From NCBI RefSeq assembly GCF_000143415.4, contig NW_003314356.1, positions 310,001 to 374,000 of the forward strand: a stretch of DNA of 64,000 nucleotides, written 5' to 3'. Of the stretch, positions 60,130-64,000 are shown in pieces (within the stretch, counting starts at the first letter, position 1; the number at the start of each line of letters is the position of its first letter). A model generated the notes under the pieces. The model saw nothing but the letters and a program-made list of their open reading frames with translations. It searched no databases and was not told where the DNA came from. Made by a program: the position numbers and the translations under genes. This stretch comes from Selaginella moellendorffii (lineage: Eukaryota > Plantae > Lycopodiophyta).

Positions 60130-62140
60130 CTAGATGACTCGAGTGGAGTCAAGGAATGGTCCTAAATAACTAGTGGAAGCATTTGGACTGAGGTGTATTG
60201 TACCCCATGAAGGATGGGGAAGATCATAAGATCCAAGTATGAGAACAATAGGTATCTCATTAATGGCAGAATGTGCTATACTAAAGTTGTGGGAAAGAGG
60301 TTTTCAAAAGAAAACAACTTTGACACAAAGTTGTGTGTAAACTCTATAGGGCAGTGGTAATGGATAGTTAGCATGAGAAACAACTATATTGATCTTAGCA
60401 AAGAGCTAAACACAAACAAGAAGTGTCATAAAAGTAGGCTTGTGGAGCCGATGGTGTGGAGACACTGAATGTGCCAAAGCGTGCCTTGAGGTCAAGTTGA
60501 CAGGTTCATGAGAACCCCTTCCCAAAGGATCTTAATAGAAATGGGAATGGCATGGATTAAGTTGGAAGGCATACGGTTAGAGTATGGTGACCCAAATAAT
60601 GATGGAGGTGTGGAAGCACCAGCAATGAGTTGTAGGACTTGACAACTATGAGGCAACTAAACAAAAGGTGCAAAATAATTAATTAAACTAGTAGAAGATA
60701 ACTACCCAAGATTTTTTTATTGGGATAAGGAAGTTAGACATACCCTTATGGGGGATAAATTATTTATGTTGCGATATAATAAGTCAATGTTATAAAGGGA
60801 ATGCTTATTGTCAAAGAAAACCATTATTGAGTGTACCGCATGTGATCATGGGATGAGATTTGGATATATTGTCACCATGGATCCTTGGAACCTTGAGGGA
60901 TAAATGGGGATAAAATAACCACTAAGGGCTTTCTCATTAAGTAATTGCCCCTTTCCCAGTTGGCTTAAGGGGAGAGAGATAAGGTGCACTATATGTTGTA
61001 TCGAAACAAATGGCATGGATTTGATTCCCATTGATTAGTGGCTACTTAAAAATATAATATACCCTTGAGCAAGGTATATTCCTACCCCAAAATTTTGAAA
61101 TTGTATGTATTAGGCATCCATGCATACATCCTTCCTCTTGTGTGGAGTATCCACGGACGAAGGTATCCACCATGGGATTGCGGTACAGGTGGATGACTAA
61201 TTGCCTCATATGGAATAGCTAGTCTACACAATGGAAGGATTGTTGATAGATTCAGTGCGGAAATAGAGGTGTTGGTTCCCCTTGGCTCAGTAGTGGTTGT
61301 TAGTCAATAGTCAATGGGGACATTGATATCTTTGAGGGGAGGTGAGTGTAGTGCATGTGATCATGGGATGAAATTTGGATATACTGTCACCATGAATCCT
61401 TGAAACCTTGGGGGATAAATGGGGATAAAATAGCCACTAAGGGCTCTTTCATAAAACAATTGCCCCTTTTCCAGTTGGCTTAAGGGGAGAAAGATAAAGT
61501 GCACTACATTGAGACACCTAAACACTCTAAAACACCAAGAAGTGGTGTTTGGTGTTGTGAGGGCATTAGATAAGGCCCAAAGGACTAAGTCTCTAGCAAA
61601 TGATGGATAAGAGGTGCTATCCAAAAATTCAAGGTTGTGGAGATGGGAGAAGTCTGTCTACCCGAATTAGTCAAAGCCAAAAAAGGATTTTAGCAAGGCT
61701 AGTGATTAGTATATAAAGGCTCATAGGTAGCAACATTAATCCTGGTGTGTGGGATTACAAAGTGAGCATACTCGGATTGAAGAACCACTCCCTACGCTAT
61801 CGGCTAGGTTCATCCCTAAGAATACTTGCTAAGGCATATTAGAAAGTGCAAAGCTATCCTTCTAGTTTGGAGGAGAATAACCAAAGGAAATGTGGGAGGC
61901 GAAAAGTAAGTAGAAAAAGGATAGAATTGAACTATAGGAATTGAAAGACATAACTAAAGGTGATTATGCAAGTTAAGAGTGGAGAATCAAATGGGTGCTC
62001 AAGTAGGTTGTTATTAACAACCGTGATACCATGGAGAGTCTAAAATATAGAATTATCCATGTTAGATCATATGACAATTTGAAAGCTTGCAAAAAGAGAG
62101 GCCTTCACAAGCTAAGGGACAGAGTTCTTTCAAGGATCAT
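60130..62140 (+). mobile_element. Degenerate family B internal region (with nested TRIM)
   Basis: Reverse complement of about 15050-16370. Confidence 0.78.
60832..61508 (+). mobile_element. TRIM of the second family, copy 2
   Basis: LTRs 60832-60993 and 61347-61508; perfect TSD TTGAG (60827-60831 and 61509-61513); PPT GAGGGGAGGTGAG. Confidence 0.85.
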
Positions 62141-62959
62141 TGTTTATGACTTTGATATTGTCCATCTATTAATCTTTGAGTTTGGGTTAGTATAGCCAGA
62201 CTGGCTTCAACACTTCATGTGCATGGTGAAATCTCTAGTCATGGGGTAGATATTGTCGACTAGTCACATAACCCGCCTCTTTGTCAATGTTCCTTATTCC
62301 GTTAAAAGGGCGTGACCGTGTAAAAAACTCTAACTGCCTATTTACAATAGTCTATCTAAACCTTACTGATGGGTTTGGTTTCTTTGCTCAAGAGGGTTGG
62401 GGCCTTTAGCTTCTCTCTCTATGTTCCTACGGGCAGAGACATATCACACTTTTATAAGCTAGGTGACACTCAGAGCAGCAAGAGTGGCTGACTCCGTTGG
62501 TCATTTCCTTGTCGGCGACGGCCGGAAGGTGTCTAAGCTGATAGCGCATCCGCGTTAGACAAAGAGGTTACCCTAACTCATTTAAGTTGATACATTTTTC
62601 ACATAGTGTGAATATCGTGAACTTTTTCTAGAGTTGTTTCCTTGGTGGTATTTTAGACTCGAGTATGCATTGACGAGGACATCGATCTTCCCTAGGTGGG
62701 GAGAGTGTCGCGAATGTGATTTCAGGTATCGAAAGTTACCTGTCGGCCAGTCCTTACGGACACTCTTACCTTACTACCACAATGGTAGGAGGTCAATATT
62801 GCTGGACCCTTTATCAGTCCCTTTTGTGCTAGTGGAGTTAACTAGGCATTTCAAGTTTACTTAGACTGAAAAAGCATAAGGACAGAATTCTTACATGTTA
62901 TTAGCTAAGCATATTTAGTCTGGTAAGGAGTTCCCATCTTGTTTTGTCTTGCACTTGCT

Positions 62960-63360
62960 AGTGACAAGAACCCTCGCGTATTGAGATTGGTCCCTCAATA
63001 TCGCTATATGATAGCTTACCGTGTCTGCTAAACACCCTCGCTATCATGCCCTTTGTGTTAGTCTCAATTCAGTCCTAAATGTTATTTATAGAAAGTGTCT
63101 AGATTTGCTCATTTGGCATATCTACGGAATGTAGAGGTTCGGTTCCATTGCTCCTAGGCTCCATGCTTGGAAGTTTGGCACCGTTCCTTCGTTCAGTGGC
63201 CCAAGGCCCTGAACCTCGGATTCCACACCACTATCCTTTGGGCACATGGCATATGACACATGGCATTTGTCACGTGGCATAAAGAGGGTTTAGGTTCTGC
63301 TTCATGGTGTTATCCTATGGTAAATCACTATAGGATAAAGGGTCACAACCACATGCGCTA
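62960..63360. repeat. Dispersed repeat family C (probable old LTR), also at about 24895-25620 and, inverted, flanking the TIR transposon
   Basis: Shared ATTGAG...GGTCCCTCAATAT...CTAAACACCCTCGCTATCATG and GGATAAAGGGT...ACCACATG segments. Confidence 0.6.
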
Positions 63361-63361
63361 C

Positions 63362-64000
63362 AGCATCCTAAGGATGCTAAGGAGTGGATCTGGGATGATC
63401 ACTCGTGGATGGATGACCCAATCTTTGAGAGACGGGATTGTAATGTAGGTGGTGTTAGACCATCGGTGTGAACAAGGTGAATGGGTATGACTTTAGCGTA
63501 ATAGGCTGATATGTCGGTGGTACCTTGGGGTGTCGGTTATGGGATCGGACACGTGGAGCACTTGGAGCAAGTGCAATGGTTGAGTGGCATAGATGCCATT
63601 CTTGGAGCTAGCAAGTCCCTAAGTCCAAAATAAGATTTACGGAGGTTGTGAATTAAACTCCTTTAAGTGGTCGACAATGTGGTTAAGTGATTAAAGTAGA
63701 ATGGAAAATTTAGTCGCTTACATAGTCCTCTTGTGTAATGACCAAGGATACAATCACGTGGCAAGGAAGTCCCAGAGGTCAATGGGACTTAGTGGTTAGC
63801 CCCTTGGGCCTGACCCAATGGCGTGTTGCAAGAATGGCTATGGATGAAAAAGGACTATGGAGACCAAAGAAGGGATATGGGGAAGGGTGTTCATAATGTC
63901 TTCAGCATTTCTAAGGATGCTAATGTGTGGTTATGGGATGACCACTCATGGATAGATGCTTAGTCTTGGGAGATGAGAGTATAGTATGGGTGGTCTTGGA
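63362..64000 (+). repeat. Family B LTR fragments
   Basis: AGCATCCTAAGGATGCT...GTCGCTTACA (63722), followed by a second, more decayed fragment. Confidence 0.8.

Overview
Eukaryotic genomic DNA, most likely from a spore-bearing land plant with flagellated sperm. This is inferred from ~47-57 nt GT-AG introns, axonemal genes, a plant-type (TAAACCC)n tract, a Cassandra TRIM and PEPC fragments; a compact lycophyte or bryophyte genome would fit, but the species cannot be fixed from the sequence. Layout: a nested transposon pile (1-26 kb), a three-gene island (SHIPPO/ODF3-like 26.9-30.8 kb, BTB/POZ 31.6-32.4 kb, SPAG17/PF6-like 32.9-40.3 kb), then more repeats (40.5-64 kb). Two unusual systems stand out. 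(1) An 11.3-kb TIR DNA transposon (48806-60079; 24-bp TIRs, 4-bp ATAA TSD, Sola1-like transposase; second truncated copy at 1001-3176). It carries a divergent multi-exon gene encoding a ParB/Srx-like domain, a degenerate beta-class DNA-methyltransferase-like domain and an FCP1-like HAD domain. It is also studded with about 22 copies of one 22-bp palindrome (ATGGCRTGWGGCCWCAYGCCAT), several inside the tiny introns of that gene, which resembles a ParB/parS-like or VANC-like self-recognition system. (2) A full-length chromoviral Ty3/gypsy element (3480-13746, TSD TCATT) whose integrase is split by two canonical spliceosomal introns, both retained in an independent copy (1-1000). All domain calls are from motif recognition by eye; no searches were run.
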